Positions 7,752 through 18,692 of a stretch of 64,000 bases of DNA are shown here, in pieces. The first letter of the stretch is position 1. The number at the start of each line of letters is the position of its first letter. This DNA comes from Paludibacteraceae bacterium (GTDB taxonomy: Bacteria > Bacteroidota > Bacteroidia > Bacteroidales > Paludibacteraceae). The notes beneath the pieces were generated by a model. That model saw nothing but the letters and a program-made list of their open reading frames with translations. It made no database searches and was not told the DNA's origin. The position numbers and the translations under genes are program-made. The DNA is taken from the NCBI GenBank assembly GCA_905233925.1, contig CAJOFV010000003.1, forward strand, positions 500-64,499, in the 5' to 3' direction.

Positions 7752-9743
7752 ATGAAGAAACATGTAGTAATCGCCTGCGCAGCGATAAGTTTGCTGTGCG
7801 CATGCCAAAAACAAACATTCCGGTACTCCGTGGATAAGTTCTATGACCTTGAAATATTGCGTTACGATGTGCCTGCTTTTGATGAACTGACACTGCAACA
7901 GAAGACGCTTGTTTACTACTTGAGCGAAGCGGCTCTGTGGGGACGTGATATCCTGTACGATCAGAACGGACGTTATAATCTCCGCATTCGCCGGACGTTG
8001 GAAAACTTGTATCTCAATTATCCGTATGACAAGAACACGGAAGAGTTTGCCGCATTTGAGCGTTACCTCAAACGTGTCTGGTTCTCCAACGGTATCCACC
8101 ATCATTACAGTGAAGACAAGTTCCTGCCGGAATTTTCGCAGGAATGGTTTGAAGCAGCTTGTGCGAAAGCCGGCATCGTTTATGAAAAAGAAATCCTTCC
8201 CGTCATGTTCGATCCGGAAGTGATGCCCAAGCGCATGACGCAGCAGGATGGTGTGGATCTGGTGCTTGGTTCAGCAGGCAATTACTACGGTGAAGGAGTT
8301 ACCCAAGCCGAAGCGGAAGCATGGTACAATGCCCACAAGGACAATTCCGAAGAGCCGCTGTGGATAGGTCTCAACAGCCAGCTTGTCAAGAACGAAAACG
8401 GCGAAATCGTTGAGCGCGTCTATAAAGTAGGCGGCCTTTACAGTGAAGCTCTTGAGCATGTTGTTTACTGGCTCCGCAAAGCCTATGACGTGGCCGAGAA
8501 TGATGCACAACGTGCCGCTATTGCCAAGATGATTGAGTTCAACAAAACAGGTGACCTCAAAGCTTTCAATGAATACTGCATCGCGTGGGTGAAAGACCTC
8601 AATTCCCGCGTAGATTATGTCAACGGTTTTACCGAAACCTATTCCGATCCGCTCGGCATTACCGGTACATGGGAGTCGATGGTTAATTTCAAAGACCTTG
8701 AAGCCACCAAGCGCACGCAACTCATCTCTGACAACGCCCAATGGTTTGAGGACAATTCCCCGACGGACACATTGTACAAGAAAGAAGAAGTCAAGGGTGT
8801 GACCGCCAAGGTTATTACTGTTGCCATGCTTGCCGGTGATTGTTATCCTGCAACACCTATCGGCATCAACCTGCCGAACGCCAGCTGGATTCGCAAGGAA
8901 TATGGCTCCAAGTCTGTTACCATTGACAACCTCATGCATGCGTATAACGAGGTTGCCAAAGGTAACGGCTTCAATGAGGAGTTTATGATTGACGATGCTA
9001 TCCGCGAACTATACAACGAATACGGAGCCATGTGTGGCGACCTGCATACTGACCTCCACGAATGTGTGGGACACGGTAGCGGCAAACTCATGCCGGGTGT
9101 AGGAAAAGACGCTCTGAAGGAGCATGCTTCTACGATTGAGGAAGCCCGTGCAGACCTCTTCGGGCTCTACTATCTTGCAGACCCGAAATTAGTGGAACTC
9201 GGTCTCTTGCCGAACATGGATGCCTGCAAAGCTGGTTACTACCAGCAGATGATGAACGGTGCCATGACCCAACTCGTTCGAATCGAGCCCGGCAAAGATA
9301 TCGAAGAGGCGCATATGCGCAACCGCCAGCTCATTGCCAACTGGGTGCTGGACCATGTGGCTCCGACTGCCCCCGAAGTGGCGATTATTGAGCGTGATGG
9401 CAAGCATTTCCTGCAAATCAACGATTATCAGGGACTGCGCCGACTCTATGGCAAACTCCTCGCAGAGATTCAGCGTATCACCTCCGAAGGCGATTATCCC
9501 GCTGCCAAAGAGATAGTTGAAAAGTATGCCGTAAAAGTGAATCCCGAACTGCACAAGGAGGTGCTTGAGCGTTATGCCAAACTCAATCTTGCGCCTTACA
9601 AAGGTTTTGTCAATCCCGTTTATACGCCGGTCTGCGACCGCAATGGCAACATCACGGACGTGAAGATTGACTTTACGGAAGGTTACGTGGAGCAGCATCT
9701 CCGTTACAGCCGCGACTATAGTCCGTTACCAAGTATTAATTAA
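7752..9743 (+). CDS. peptidase family M49 (dipeptidyl-peptidase III-like) lipoprotein
   Basis: 663 aa with lipobox LLCAC. Zinc motifs HECVGH (HExxGH) and EEARAD (EExxAE/D) are spaced as in DPP III. Confidence 0.85.
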   Translation: MKKHVVIACAAISLLCACQKQTFRYSVDKFYDLEILRYDVPAFDELTLQQKTLVYYLSEAALWGRDILYDQNGRYNLRIRRTLENLYLNYPYDKNTEEFAAFERYLKRVWFSNGIHHHYSEDKFLPEFSQEWFEAACAKAGIVYEKEILPVMFDPEVMPKRMTQQDGVDLVLGSAGNYYGEGVTQAEAEAWYNAHKDNSEEPLWIGLNSQLVKNENGEIVERVYKVGGLYSEALEHVVYWLRKAYDVAENDAQRAAIAKMIEFNKTGDLKAFNEYCIAWVKDLNSRVDYVNGFTETYSDPLGITGTWESMVNFKDLEATKRTQLISDNAQWFEDNSPTDTLYKKEEVKGVTAKVITVAMLAGDCYPATPIGINLPNASWIRKEYGSKSVTIDNLMHAYNEVAKGNGFNEEFMIDDAIRELYNEYGAMCGDLHTDLHECVGHGSGKLMPGVGKDALKEHASTIEEARADLFGLYYLADPKLVELGLLPNMDACKAGYYQQMMNGAMTQLVRIEPGKDIEEAHMRNRQLIANWVLDHVAPTAPEVAIIERDGKHFLQINDYQGLRRLYGKLLAEIQRITSEGDYPAAKEIVEKYAVKVNPELHKEVLERYAKLNLAPYKGFVNPVYTPVCDRNGNITDVKIDFTEGYVEQHLRYSRDYSPLPSIN

Positions 9744-9782
9744 GCCATTAAGACAAAGTTCTTACATATTGCCTTCTGCCTG

Positions 9783-12599
9783 TTGCTAACTGCTTCCGCT
9801 TGGTCGCAGTCGGTAACGCGTGTATCTGGTGTCACGATGGACCACAATACCGGTGAACCGCTGCCCTTCGTGCAGATTATGTTCGACGGCTCCACCATTG
9901 GCACCACTTCGGACCTTGATGGTAATTTCACGCTTTCCAACACCCGCGGACTCATTTCCGTCAGCTTCCGCTCTGTCGGTTACAAAACGAAGATAATGAC
10001 CGTCAAACCAGGTCGTTCCACCGAATTGTTTGTTGTTATGGAGCCCGAAACGTACGCTTTGGAGGATGTTATTGTCAAGCCCGAAAAGACCCGTGAACGT
10101 TACCGCCGCAAAGGTAATCCGGCTGTCGAACTTATCAAGAACGTCATTGCCAACAAAGACAAGAACCGCGTCGAATCGCAGGAATCCTACATGGTAGAGA
10201 CGTACGAGAAACTGGCGATGGCGATTGAGCCTTTCGACTACGACTTGGACAAGAACAAGTTCTGGCGCGACTTTAAGTTTCTTGAATCCTACGTGGATAC
10301 GATGATGTTGGAGCGTGGCGTGCTGGTTATTGACAGCGGCAAAGTACAGATTGACAGTATCCAAATCGGCGAAGATTCCATCCAGGTCAATGTGGACAGC
10401 GTTGTCATTCTGCGTAACGAAGATGCTGCGAAAATGCAGCAGACCACCATTCTCACCATGTCTCTCCGTGAGACGATGGCGGAGGAATATTTCTCAGGTT
10501 TCCCGCGCAAGGAGCGCAAAATCATTACTGCCAAACGTTGGGAAGGCCTGGACGAACTCTTCGACAATGGTGGTATGTCCACCAACATACAAGCCATGTT
10601 CCAGCCTGTGAACATTCTGCAGAACGATGTCAATTTGCTGCTTAACCGCTTCGTAAGTCCCTTGTCCTCGTCCCTTGCGGTGTCTTTCTACCACTATTAC
10701 ATTATGGACACTGTGATTATTGAGGACACACCCTGTATTGACCTTGCCTTTGTGCCCGTCAACAGCCAGTCCTTCGGCTTTACCGGTCACCTCTACATCG
10801 TCAACGACTCGTCCTATGCCCTCAAACGTTACACCATCAATATCCCGCCGTCCATTAACATGAACTGGGTCAGCCACCTTTCCATTGCCCAGACCTTCTA
10901 CCAGTTGCCGAATGGTCTTTGGGCGCCGGAGGATGTCAATACACACGTCCGTTTCGCTATCAAGAAACGCTCCAAGCATAATATCTACGCCCGTCAGACT
11001 CGCCATTTTGATAAATATCAGTTCGGCATTACCATTCCGGACAGTCTATTCTACATGTCCGGAAACACTATTACCCGCCCGGGGGCGGACAAGCGCTCTG
11101 TGGAAGAATGGGATACGCTGCGGCCTATCAGACTGACCGGCAAAGAAACGCTTGTGGACAGCCTTGAGACCGAACTTATGCGTGTTCCCAAGTTCCGCTT
11201 TATTGTCAATACTGTTGAGGACCTCATTCAGGAATTTATCCCGACTACCCGTGTGCGCAATGCTTCCAAATGGGACTTCGGACCGATATTCAACACTTTC
11301 TCCTACAACGAACAGGAGGGTTGCCGTTTCCGTATTGGTGGTATGACTACTGCCAACACGCACCCGCGATGGTTCTTCAGCGGCTATGTCGCTTTCGGTA
11401 TTGCTGACTTGATGCCCAAAGGTGGGTTTAACATCATCCATTCCTTCCATGACAAGCCCTACCATCCATATGAGAGCCTGCGTCACAATCTGATATTCTC
11501 CTTTAGTTACGATTTGGAGGAGCTTGGTCAGACTTACCGCGTTTTGGACCGTGACCACATCTTCATGTCTATCAAGTTCAACTTCGACCCAAAGCCCATG
11601 CAGTATATTGCCAAACTGCGTCTTAAATACGAGAAGGAATATGCCAACCAGTTCTCTATCATCACGTGGTTTGACTTCATGCACAACCAGCCCAACGGCT
11701 CTTCCGGTGCAGGTAATCCTGACTGGGCTGCCCCGCGTTTTGGTCAGGACAGAAAGGGCAAGAATGCCCTCCTCTTGACCTATATGAAACGTTCCGAGGA
11801 TGGCATGTACACCGAGACGCCCTTCTATCACGACGCCATGTGGACCTTCCAGTTGCGATACTCGCCAGGCGGATACATCTACAACGACCGTCAGGGTATT
11901 GAATCGCCGTTTAACCTCTGGAAGGACGCGCCGGTCTTCCGTTTCACCAACGAAATGGGCTATATCCTGGAGGACCGCTATTTCTACAACCGTATCCAGT
12001 TCACGGCGGAGAAGCGCTTCTGGCTCTCGGCGTTCGGACACTTGGATGTGATAGGCGATATCGGTTATATTGCCAGTGCCAAAGCACCGTATACCAAACT
12101 CTTCGTGCCTGTTAGCAACCAGTCCATCCTTATGGACCCGAAGGCTTTCTCCCTCATGCAGCCGATGGAGTTCCTCATGGATCGTTTTGTGTCTGTCCAT
12201 GTCACATACTACCTCAAGGGTTGGCTGTTCAACCGTATTCCGGGCATCAAGCACCTCAAACTCCGCGAGATTGTTTCCTTCCATGCCCTTGCCGGTTATT
12301 TGGGTGACAGGAACAACCCGCTCAAGACGGACGGGCTTTATGATTTCCCTGTTTCGCACATCGAGAACGGACAGAACGTCTATGCTCGCACAGACTTTGC
12401 CATGCATAATTCCGATGGAGCCATCAAATACAGTTACATGCCTTATATGGAGATTACTGCCGGTATAGAGAATATTTTCAAACTCTTCCGTGTGGAGTAT
12501 GTCCGCCGTCTGACGCACCTTTATGCACCCGGAACCGGTGCCAAACTCGGTCCCTGGCAGCGCAACGGTATCCGTATTACTGTCCGCGTCTCTATATAA
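9783..12599 (+). CDS. carboxypeptidase-regulatory-like domain plus DUF5686-type large outer-membrane-associated protein
   Basis: 938-aa ORF from TTG 9783. The N-terminal segment VSGVTMDHNTGEPLPFVQIMFDGSTIGTTSDLDGNFTL is a CarbopepD_reg-like fold. The true start is probably upstream (see the ATT finding). Confidence 0.8.
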   Translation: MLTASAWSQSVTRVSGVTMDHNTGEPLPFVQIMFDGSTIGTTSDLDGNFTLSNTRGLISVSFRSVGYKTKIMTVKPGRSTELFVVMEPETYALEDVIVKPEKTRERYRRKGNPAVELIKNVIANKDKNRVESQESYMVETYEKLAMAIEPFDYDLDKNKFWRDFKFLESYVDTMMLERGVLVIDSGKVQIDSIQIGEDSIQVNVDSVVILRNEDAAKMQQTTILTMSLRETMAEEYFSGFPRKERKIITAKRWEGLDELFDNGGMSTNIQAMFQPVNILQNDVNLLLNRFVSPLSSSLAVSFYHYYIMDTVIIEDTPCIDLAFVPVNSQSFGFTGHLYIVNDSSYALKRYTINIPPSINMNWVSHLSIAQTFYQLPNGLWAPEDVNTHVRFAIKKRSKHNIYARQTRHFDKYQFGITIPDSLFYMSGNTITRPGADKRSVEEWDTLRPIRLTGKETLVDSLETELMRVPKFRFIVNTVEDLIQEFIPTTRVRNASKWDFGPIFNTFSYNEQEGCRFRIGGMTTANTHPRWFFSGYVAFGIADLMPKGGFNIIHSFHDKPYHPYESLRHNLIFSFSYDLEELGQTYRVLDRDHIFMSIKFNFDPKPMQYIAKLRLKYEKEYANQFSIITWFDFMHNQPNGSSGAGNPDWAAPRFGQDRKGKNALLLTYMKRSEDGMYTETPFYHDAMWTFQLRYSPGGYIYNDRQGIESPFNLWKDAPVFRFTNEMGYILEDRYFYNRIQFTAEKRFWLSAFGHLDVIGDIGYIASAKAPYTKLFVPVSNQSILMDPKAFSLMQPMEFLMDRFVSVHVTYYLKGWLFNRIPGIKHLKLREIVSFHALAGYLGDRNNPLKTDGLYDFPVSHIENGQNVYARTDFAMHNSDGAIKYSYMPYMEITAGIENIFKLFRVEYVRRLTHLYAPGTGAKLGPWQRNGIRITVRVSI

Positions 12600-12600
12600 A

Positions 12601-12639
12601 ATGACAAAATGTGTAAATGAGAAAATGAATAAATTATGA
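12601..12639 (+). repeat. period-8 AATGAGAA-family repeat forming phased ATG/TGA mini-ORFs upstream of rfbC
   Basis: atgacaaa atgtgtaa atgagaaa atgaataaatt atga. ATGs lie at 12601, 12609, 12617, 12625 and 12636. Confidence 0.9.
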
Positions 12640-13184
12640 ATATTATCTCCACTCCCATTCCCGGTCTCCTCGTCATCGAGCCAAAGGTCTTTAATGACGC
12701 CCGTGGTTACTTTGTCGAGACCTACAACGAACAGCGGTATTTCGATGCCGGCATTACGGCGCGGTTCGTGCAGGACAATCAGTCCTGTTCCTGCTATGGT
12801 GTAGTTCGCGGTCTGCATTTCCAGCGTCCGCCGTACAGCCAGGCAAAGCTTGTCTGCTGCACCCGCGGCAGGGTATTGGATGTGGCGGTGGATTTGCGTA
12901 AGGACAGCCCTACTTTCGGGCAGTGGTATTCGGTTGAACTGAACGAGGATAACCACCGTCAGTTCTTTATCCCAAGGGGATTTGCGCATGGTTTCTCCGT
13001 GCTGTCCGAGACCGCTATTTTTACCTACAAGTGTGATAATCTCTATCACCCCGAAGCCGATGGAGGAATACTCCTCATGGATCCCGCTTTGAGCATTGAC
13101 TGGCAAGTGCCGGCCGACAAAATGATACTCTCAGACAAGGACAAGCATCATCCGCTCCTTGCTGATTTTAATAACCCATTCTAA
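12636..13184 (+). CDS. rfbC: dTDP-4-dehydrorhamnose 3,5-epimerase
   Basis: 182 aa with IPGLLVIEPKVFNDARGYF...RGLHFQ...KLV.C..G.V.DVAVDLR, the canonical RmlC cupin pattern. Confidence 0.92.
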   Translation: MNIISTPIPGLLVIEPKVFNDARGYFVETYNEQRYFDAGITARFVQDNQSCSCYGVVRGLHFQRPPYSQAKLVCCTRGRVLDVAVDLRKDSPTFGQWYSVELNEDNHRQFFIPRGFAHGFSVLSETAIFTYKCDNLYHPEADGGILLMDPALSIDWQVPADKMILSDKDKHHPLLADFNNPF

Positions 13185-13195
13185 TTATCAACACG

Positions 13196-15871
13196 ATGAA
13201 AAAACTAATCATTCTGGCTTTTAGCCTTTGTGTGACGGCAAGCCTCATGGCTGCCACGTTCTTTCCCTCGCGAACTGATTTTCGCGATGAGCAGATCTAC
13301 TTCCTATTGCCCACACGTTTCTACGACGGCGACCCGTCGAACAACACCCAGTGTTGGGACAACCAGTCCAAGAACGCCGGTGACCCCGCATGGCGCGGCG
13401 ATTTCAAAGGTCTTATCGAAAAGATGGACTACATCAAGGCACTCGGTTTCACCGCTATTTGGATCACCCCGATTGTCGAGAATGCGTCCGGCTATGATTA
13501 CCATGGTTATCATGCTTCCGACTTCTCCAAAGTGGACCACCGCCATGAATCCGAAGGCGTGAGCTTCCAGACCGTTATTGACGAAGCACACAAGCGCGGA
13601 ATGAAGATTATTTTGGATATCGTGCTCAACCACACCGGTAACTTCGGTGAGGCCAATCTCTGCAAGCTTTTCAACCGTGACTGGACGGCTGATCAGTCCG
13701 CTATTGACGAGTGCATGGTTCCTTACACCGAGAAGGACGGCGGACTCCTCCCCGACAACTATCTCAATCTCGAGTCCGGCAAGCAGTATGCAGCACGTCT
13801 GTCGAAGATGAAAAACTCCAACGATGAGAACGGACAGGCCAAGAACTATGATTCCCATAACTATTGGCACCATTATGCACACGGTAACTGGGATGAACCC
13901 AACCGTTGGTTCTTCCAAATAGCCGGTGACTGCGTGGACCTTAATACCGAGAACCCCGCTGTTTACAACTACCTCATTAAGTGCTACACCACTTTCATCA
14001 ACATGGGTGTGGACGGTTTCCGTATTGATACCGGCGGACATATTCCACGCTTGTCGTTCAACAAGGCGTTTATCCCTGCCTTCATCGCGGCGGGTGAAGC
14101 AGCCAAGGAGAAGCGCGGCGGTACTCCTTTCTATATGTTCGCGGAGGTGTGCGCGCGTTATAGCAGTATTCTCTATCGGGAGCACTCCAACCTCTCACCC
14201 TTCTATTATACTTGGGCTGAATCCAAGAGCTATTCTTGGGATAACCAGGCATCTTCGTGGGACAATCTCGTCGAGATGGAGGGCTCAGCTTGCGACTCGC
14301 ACACCAACTGGAAATCCGTTTGGCAACAGGCTAATGATGACTTGGGCGGTTTGTCCGGTCAGCCCACATCCAACAATGCACTGCTTAGCGGCAATGACTA
14401 CCACACACCTGACTATTCCAAGGCTTCAGGGCTCAATGTCATTGACTTTACCGAGCACTGGCAGTTCTCAAGCGCTTCCGGCGCATGGAATGTGGCGAAA
14501 CCCTCTAATGACAAGTACTACAACGATGCTACTTGGAACGTCGTTTATGTGGACTCCCACGACTATGCTCCCGATGAGGTGCAGGACAACCGCTTCTCCA
14601 AACCGCAGGACACGTGGGCGGAGAACCTCTCGCTCATGTACACTCACCGTGGTATTCCGTGCGTGTTCTATGGCTCCGAGGTAGAGTTCCAGAAGGGCAA
14701 ACGCATTGACGAAGGCACTAACATCGCTTTGCAAAACTCCGGCCGTGCTTATTTCGGCGGCTATATTAAGGGTGATATTACAACGACTGACTTTGCCGAG
14801 TACAAGGACGCTTCCGGCAACTTGGCTGTATCTTTGTCGCACCCGCTCGCACAGCACATCCAGCGTCTGAGCAAGATTCGTATGGCGGTTCCTGCGCTCC
14901 GTAAAGGACAGTATTCTGTGGACGGCTGCTCCGGCTCGTTCGCTTTCAAACGCCGCTATACCGATGCTAACACCGACAGTTATGCACTCGTCTGCATCAG
15001 CGGAAATGCTTCCTTCACGAACATTCTCAACGGTACTTACACCGACTGTGTAACCGGCGATGTCAAGACCGTTACGGACAACAAGCTTTCCATTACTTGC
15101 TCCGGCAAGGGTAACCTCCGCGTATATGTCCTTTCGACCACCAAGACACCTGCTCCCGGTAAAATCGGTGAGGACGGCAAATACATTTATACTTCTTCCG
15201 CAAAGAACATCCCCGATCCCAAATGGGACGGTACCGAGATGGAACTTACCGACGATCCGGAGCACCCGGGTGGTGGCGGTGGCGGTGGCGGCGGCACCGT
15301 AGTTGAGCCTTGCTTGGCCGATGCTAACGAACGCGCCGTATTCTTCACCAAATCCAGCGACTTCGGCACCTCTATCAACTGCTATATCTGGCACACGGGT
15401 ACCGGTAGTACCGTTCAGGTTTGCGGTAACTGGCCCGGTCAGAAAGCCACCTCGCTCGGTAACGGCAACTATAAGTTTGTCGTGCCTGAGGCAGCCAAAG
15501 AGATTGATGACTCCTGGATGATTATTTGGAATGACGGCAGCGGTAACCAGACCGCCGACCTCAAGTTCCAGAACCAGTACCTCTATTCCGGTGAGAACAA
15601 GGGTTCTATCAAAGCTACCTCCAAAGTAACGGCGATTTGCGCGCCCGAAACCTCGGTAATTGAGGATATTGCTTTGGCGGATTTGCGTATATTCACCTAC
15701 CAGGGTGCGATTATGCTTATTGTGCCGCAGCAGATGTTGGGTCAGTCGCTCAATGTATATTCCGCTACGGGTCAGTTGGTTCGCACCGTGATGCTGGATG
15801 AGGATGTAACCCGCATTGACAATTTGCCTTCAGGTCTTTACCTTGTTGGCAACAAGAAAGTCATGCTCTAA
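13196..15871 (+). CDS. secreted GH13 alpha-amylase with poly-Gly linker, one WPG-type starch-binding module and a canonical T9SS C-terminal sorting domain
   Basis: 891 aa with a signal peptide. GH13 regions are [17 protein letters not shown] and VDSHD. A poly-glycine linker precedes the module CYIWHTG...[19 protein letters not shown]. The C-terminus [40 protein letters not shown] resembles a Por secretion tail. Confidence 0.9.
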   Translation: MKKLIILAFSLCVTASLMAATFFPSRTDFRDEQIYFLLPTRFYDGDPSNNTQCWDNQSKNAGDPAWRGDFKGLIEKMDYIKALGFTAIWITPIVENASGYDYHGYHASDFSKVDHRHESEGVSFQTVIDEAHKRGMKIILDIVLNHTGNFGEANLCKLFNRDWTADQSAIDECMVPYTEKDGGLLPDNYLNLESGKQYAARLSKMKNSNDENGQAKNYDSHNYWHHYAHGNWDEPNRWFFQIAGDCVDLNTENPAVYNYLIKCYTTFINMGVDGFRIDTGGHIPRLSFNKAFIPAFIAAGEAAKEKRGGTPFYMFAEVCARYSSILYREHSNLSPFYYTWAESKSYSWDNQASSWDNLVEMEGSACDSHTNWKSVWQQANDDLGGLSGQPTSNNALLSGNDYHTPDYSKASGLNVIDFTEHWQFSSASGAWNVAKPSNDKYYNDATWNVVYVDSHDYAPDEVQDNRFSKPQDTWAENLSLMYTHRGIPCVFYGSEVEFQKGKRIDEGTNIALQNSGRAYFGGYIKGDITTTDFAEYKDASGNLAVSLSHPLAQHIQRLSKIRMAVPALRKGQYSVDGCSGSFAFKRRYTDANTDSYALVCISGNASFTNILNGTYTDCVTGDVKTVTDNKLSITCSGKGNLRVYVLSTTKTPAPGKIGEDGKYIYTSSAKNIPDPKWDGTEMELTDDPEHPGGGGGGGGGTVVEPCLADANERAVFFTKSSDFGTSINCYIWHTGTGSTVQVCGNWPGQKATSLGNGNYKFVVPEAAKEIDDSWMIIWNDGSGNQTADLKFQNQYLYSGENKGSIKATSKVTAICAPETSVIEDIALADLRIFTYQGAIMLIVPQQMLGQSLNVYSATGQLVRTVMLDEDVTRIDNLPSGLYLVGNKKVML

Positions 15872-15878
15872 ATACAAC

Positions 15879-17324
15879 ATGGAAGATACCAATCGGGATA
15901 TTATTCAGGACATTACCTCGCAGGACTATAAGTACGGCTTCACGACGGATGTGGAGACGGACATTATCAGTCGCGGGCTGAACGAGGATGTCATCCGGCT
16001 TATTTCTGCCAAGAAAGGCGAGCCGGAATGGCTGTTGGAGTTCCGCCTCAAGGCATACCGCAAATGGCTGACCATGCCTGTGCCGACGTGGGCGCACCTG
16101 ACTATTCCCGATATTGACTTCCAGGCTATTTCCTATTACGCCGCGCCGAAAGCAAAGTCCGAGAAAACCAACACCGAGATAGATCCCGAGATCATGAAGA
16201 CCTTCGACAAACTCGGCATCCCTTTGGAGGAGCGTGCCGCGTTGGCGGGGAACATGGCGGTGGACGCGGTAATGGACTCTGTGTCGGTCAAGACCACGTT
16301 TCGCGAGACGCTGGCGGAGAAGGGCATTATCTTCTGCTCCATCTCCGAGGCGGTCAAAGAGCACCCCGAACTGGTAAAGAAATATCTCGGTTCGGTGGTG
16401 CCCTATAGCGACAATTTCTATGCGGCGCTGAACTCTGCCGTATTCTCTGACGGATCGTTTGTGTATATCCCGAAGGGCGTACGCTGTCCGATGGAGCTGT
16501 CCACGTATTTCCGCATCAATGCAGGAAATACGGGGCAGTTCGAGCGGACGCTGCTTATTGCTGACGAGGGTGCCTACCTCAGTTATCTGGAGGGCTGCAC
16601 GGCACCCATGCGCGATGAGAACCAGCTGCATGCCGCTATCGTGGAGATTATTGTGCACGACGATGCGGAGGTCAAGTACTCAACCGTGCAGAACTGGTAT
16701 CCGGGCGACAAGGACGGCAAAGGCGGTATATATAACTTCGTGACCAAGCGCGGCATCACACACCGGAACGCCCGTCTGAGTTGGACGCAGGTGGAGACAG
16801 GCTCGGCGATTACATGGAAGTACCCCAGTTGCATCCTCAAGGGCGACAACTCTTCCGCTGAATTCTATTCGGTGGCGGTGACGAACAATTGGCAGCAGGC
16901 GGATACTGGCACGAAGATGATTCATCTGGGTAAAAACACGCGTTCCCGCATTATCAGCAAGGGTATTTCTGCGGGGCACTCGCAGAACAGTTACCGCGGT
17001 TTGGTTAAGGTGGTAAGCGGTGCGGACAACGTGCGTAACTACTCCCAGTGCGATTCGCTGCTGTTAGGCGACAAGTGCGGCGCACACACTTTCCCGGACA
17101 TGCAGATTGCCAATCCGACGGCTACCATCGAGCACGAGGCGACAACTTCGAAGATTTCGGAGGAACAGCTCTTCTACTGCCGCCAGCGCGGTATCAGTAC
17201 GGAAGACGCGGTCGGGCTCATTGTGAACGGCTATGCCAAGGAGGTGATGGACAAGCTGCCGATGGAGTTTGCAGTCGAGGCACAGAAATTGTTGCAAGTG
17301 TCATTGGAGGGAACCGTAGGTTAG
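15879..17324 (+). CDS. sufB: Fe-S cluster assembly protein SufB
   Basis: ATG 15879 gives [21 protein letters not shown]. Strong SufB similarity runs throughout (e.g. [35 protein letters not shown]). Confidence 0.93.
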   Translation: MEDTNRDIIQDITSQDYKYGFTTDVETDIISRGLNEDVIRLISAKKGEPEWLLEFRLKAYRKWLTMPVPTWAHLTIPDIDFQAISYYAAPKAKSEKTNTEIDPEIMKTFDKLGIPLEERAALAGNMAVDAVMDSVSVKTTFRETLAEKGIIFCSISEAVKEHPELVKKYLGSVVPYSDNFYAALNSAVFSDGSFVYIPKGVRCPMELSTYFRINAGNTGQFERTLLIADEGAYLSYLEGCTAPMRDENQLHAAIVEIIVHDDAEVKYSTVQNWYPGDKDGKGGIYNFVTKRGITHRNARLSWTQVETGSAITWKYPSCILKGDNSSAEFYSVAVTNNWQQADTGTKMIHLGKNTRSRIISKGISAGHSQNSYRGLVKVVSGADNVRNYSQCDSLLLGDKCGAHTFPDMQIANPTATIEHEATTSKISEEQLFYCRQRGISTEDAVGLIVNGYAKEVMDKLPMEFAVEAQKLLQVSLEGTVG

Positions 17325-17325
17325 T

Positions 17326-18692
17326 ATGGAGATTTTAGCGACTATATTATTGGCAATCGGCCTGCTGACTGATAATCCCGTTTGTGAGCAGGCGAATATC
17401 AGTATTCTTATCAAGGACGCGCAGACAGGGAAGATTATCGACCAGCACCGCCCCGAGAACGTCGTTCCGCCCGCCAGTGTGATGAAGCTGCTGACGACCG
17501 GTGCCGCATTGGAGATGTTAGGTCCTTCCTTCCGCTTCACAACCACCATTGAGTACACGGGCACGATTGAAAACGGCGTACTGATGGGCGATTTGTATAT
17601 CCGCGGCGGTTGCGACCCGTCGTTAGGTAACCTCAAAGGTACGCAGGCCTTCCTGTTCCGGTGGATTAAGGCGATTAAGGCGGCTGGAATCCGTGCCATC
17701 AATGGTGCCGTCATCGCGGACATGAGCCTGCTGGACGGTGATGCAACCAATCCGAACTGGCTGTGGGAGGACTGTGGCAACTACTATGCCCCCGGTATCT
17801 TTGCGCTGAACTACATGAGCAACACCTTGAATATCGTGCTCAAGAGCGGTCCTGTGGGCTCTGTGGCGGACGTGATACGTCTGGAGCCGGACTATCCGGG
17901 GCTGAAGACAATCAATCATATCCGTTGCACGGAGATAACCTACGACGGCGCGTACGTACACGGTCTGCCGTATTCTGCGGAGCGTTATCTTACCGGTAGC
18001 GTGCCCAGTAATCGTGGGCAGTTCGGCGTAAGGAGCGACATCCCTAATCCGGGCTGGCTGTTGGCGACGCACCTGACCAAGTATCTTAACGAGGCGGGAG
18101 TAACCGTTACCGAACCGGCTTCGTACATGGCGGAGCGGGGGCTGGATCTTGGCGTACGGAATGTGATATACGAGCACAAGTCCGAGCTGAGACGAACATC
18201 TACAGCAATAACCTGTACGCGGAGTCTATTTTCCGCTATTTGGGTCTGAACTACGGCAAGCCCGGCACGATTCACAACGCTTGCGAGGTCGTGCGCGAGT
18301 TCTGGCGTCTGCGCGGTGTCAGCACGAAAGGCGCGCTTATCAAGGACGGCTGCGGTCTCGCGCCGCAGGATGCCGTCAGCGCCGAGACGCTGGTACAGTT
18401 GCTGCAATACATGAACCGCAGCAAGAACCGTGATATTTGGCTTCAGTCACTACCCGTCAGCGGCGGCAAAGGTACGTTAAGCAGTCTGTGCCGCGGCACG
18501 GAACTGGAGGGCAAGATTCATGCCAAGAGCGGCACAATTGCGGGCACGAAGAACTTTGCAGGCTACATTGACTTGCCAAACGGCGGACAATGGGTGTTCG
18601 CTATCCTGGTGAACAGCGCGCAGGGTAAGGCGCGGAACGTACAAACGATTATTCAGCAATATTTACTGGATGTTTATCAGTCAAACAAATAG
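17326..18692 (+). pseudogene. dacB: PBP4-family D-alanyl-D-alanine carboxypeptidase/endopeptidase (S13), interrupted by a frameshift near 18170-18200
   Basis: ORF 17326..18249 carries the SxxK motif (SVMKL). The SxN motif (YSNNLYAES) and the KTG-like motif (KSGT) lie in the frame of ORF 18240..18692, which is open from 18090. Confidence 0.75.

Noticed and set aside
11046-13106. 686-aa minus-strand ORF spanning the end of the DUF5686-like gene, the spacer and rfbC. Similar long antisense ORFs occur at 6813-8105, 28069-29733, 32676-33752, 44928-46022 and 62434-63705.
   Set aside because: All lie antisense to genes with strong family signatures. Their translations are low-complexity (rich in V/H/G/R/E) with no recognisable motifs. 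Open antisense frames are expected opposite GC3-biased genes.
15269-15295. GGT/GGC trinucleotide run encoding the poly-Gly linker of the amylase, and the CCN run at about 19541-19580 encoding the Pro-rich linker of CotH.
   Set aside because: These are ordinary inter-domain linkers. Nothing beyond low complexity can be supported.
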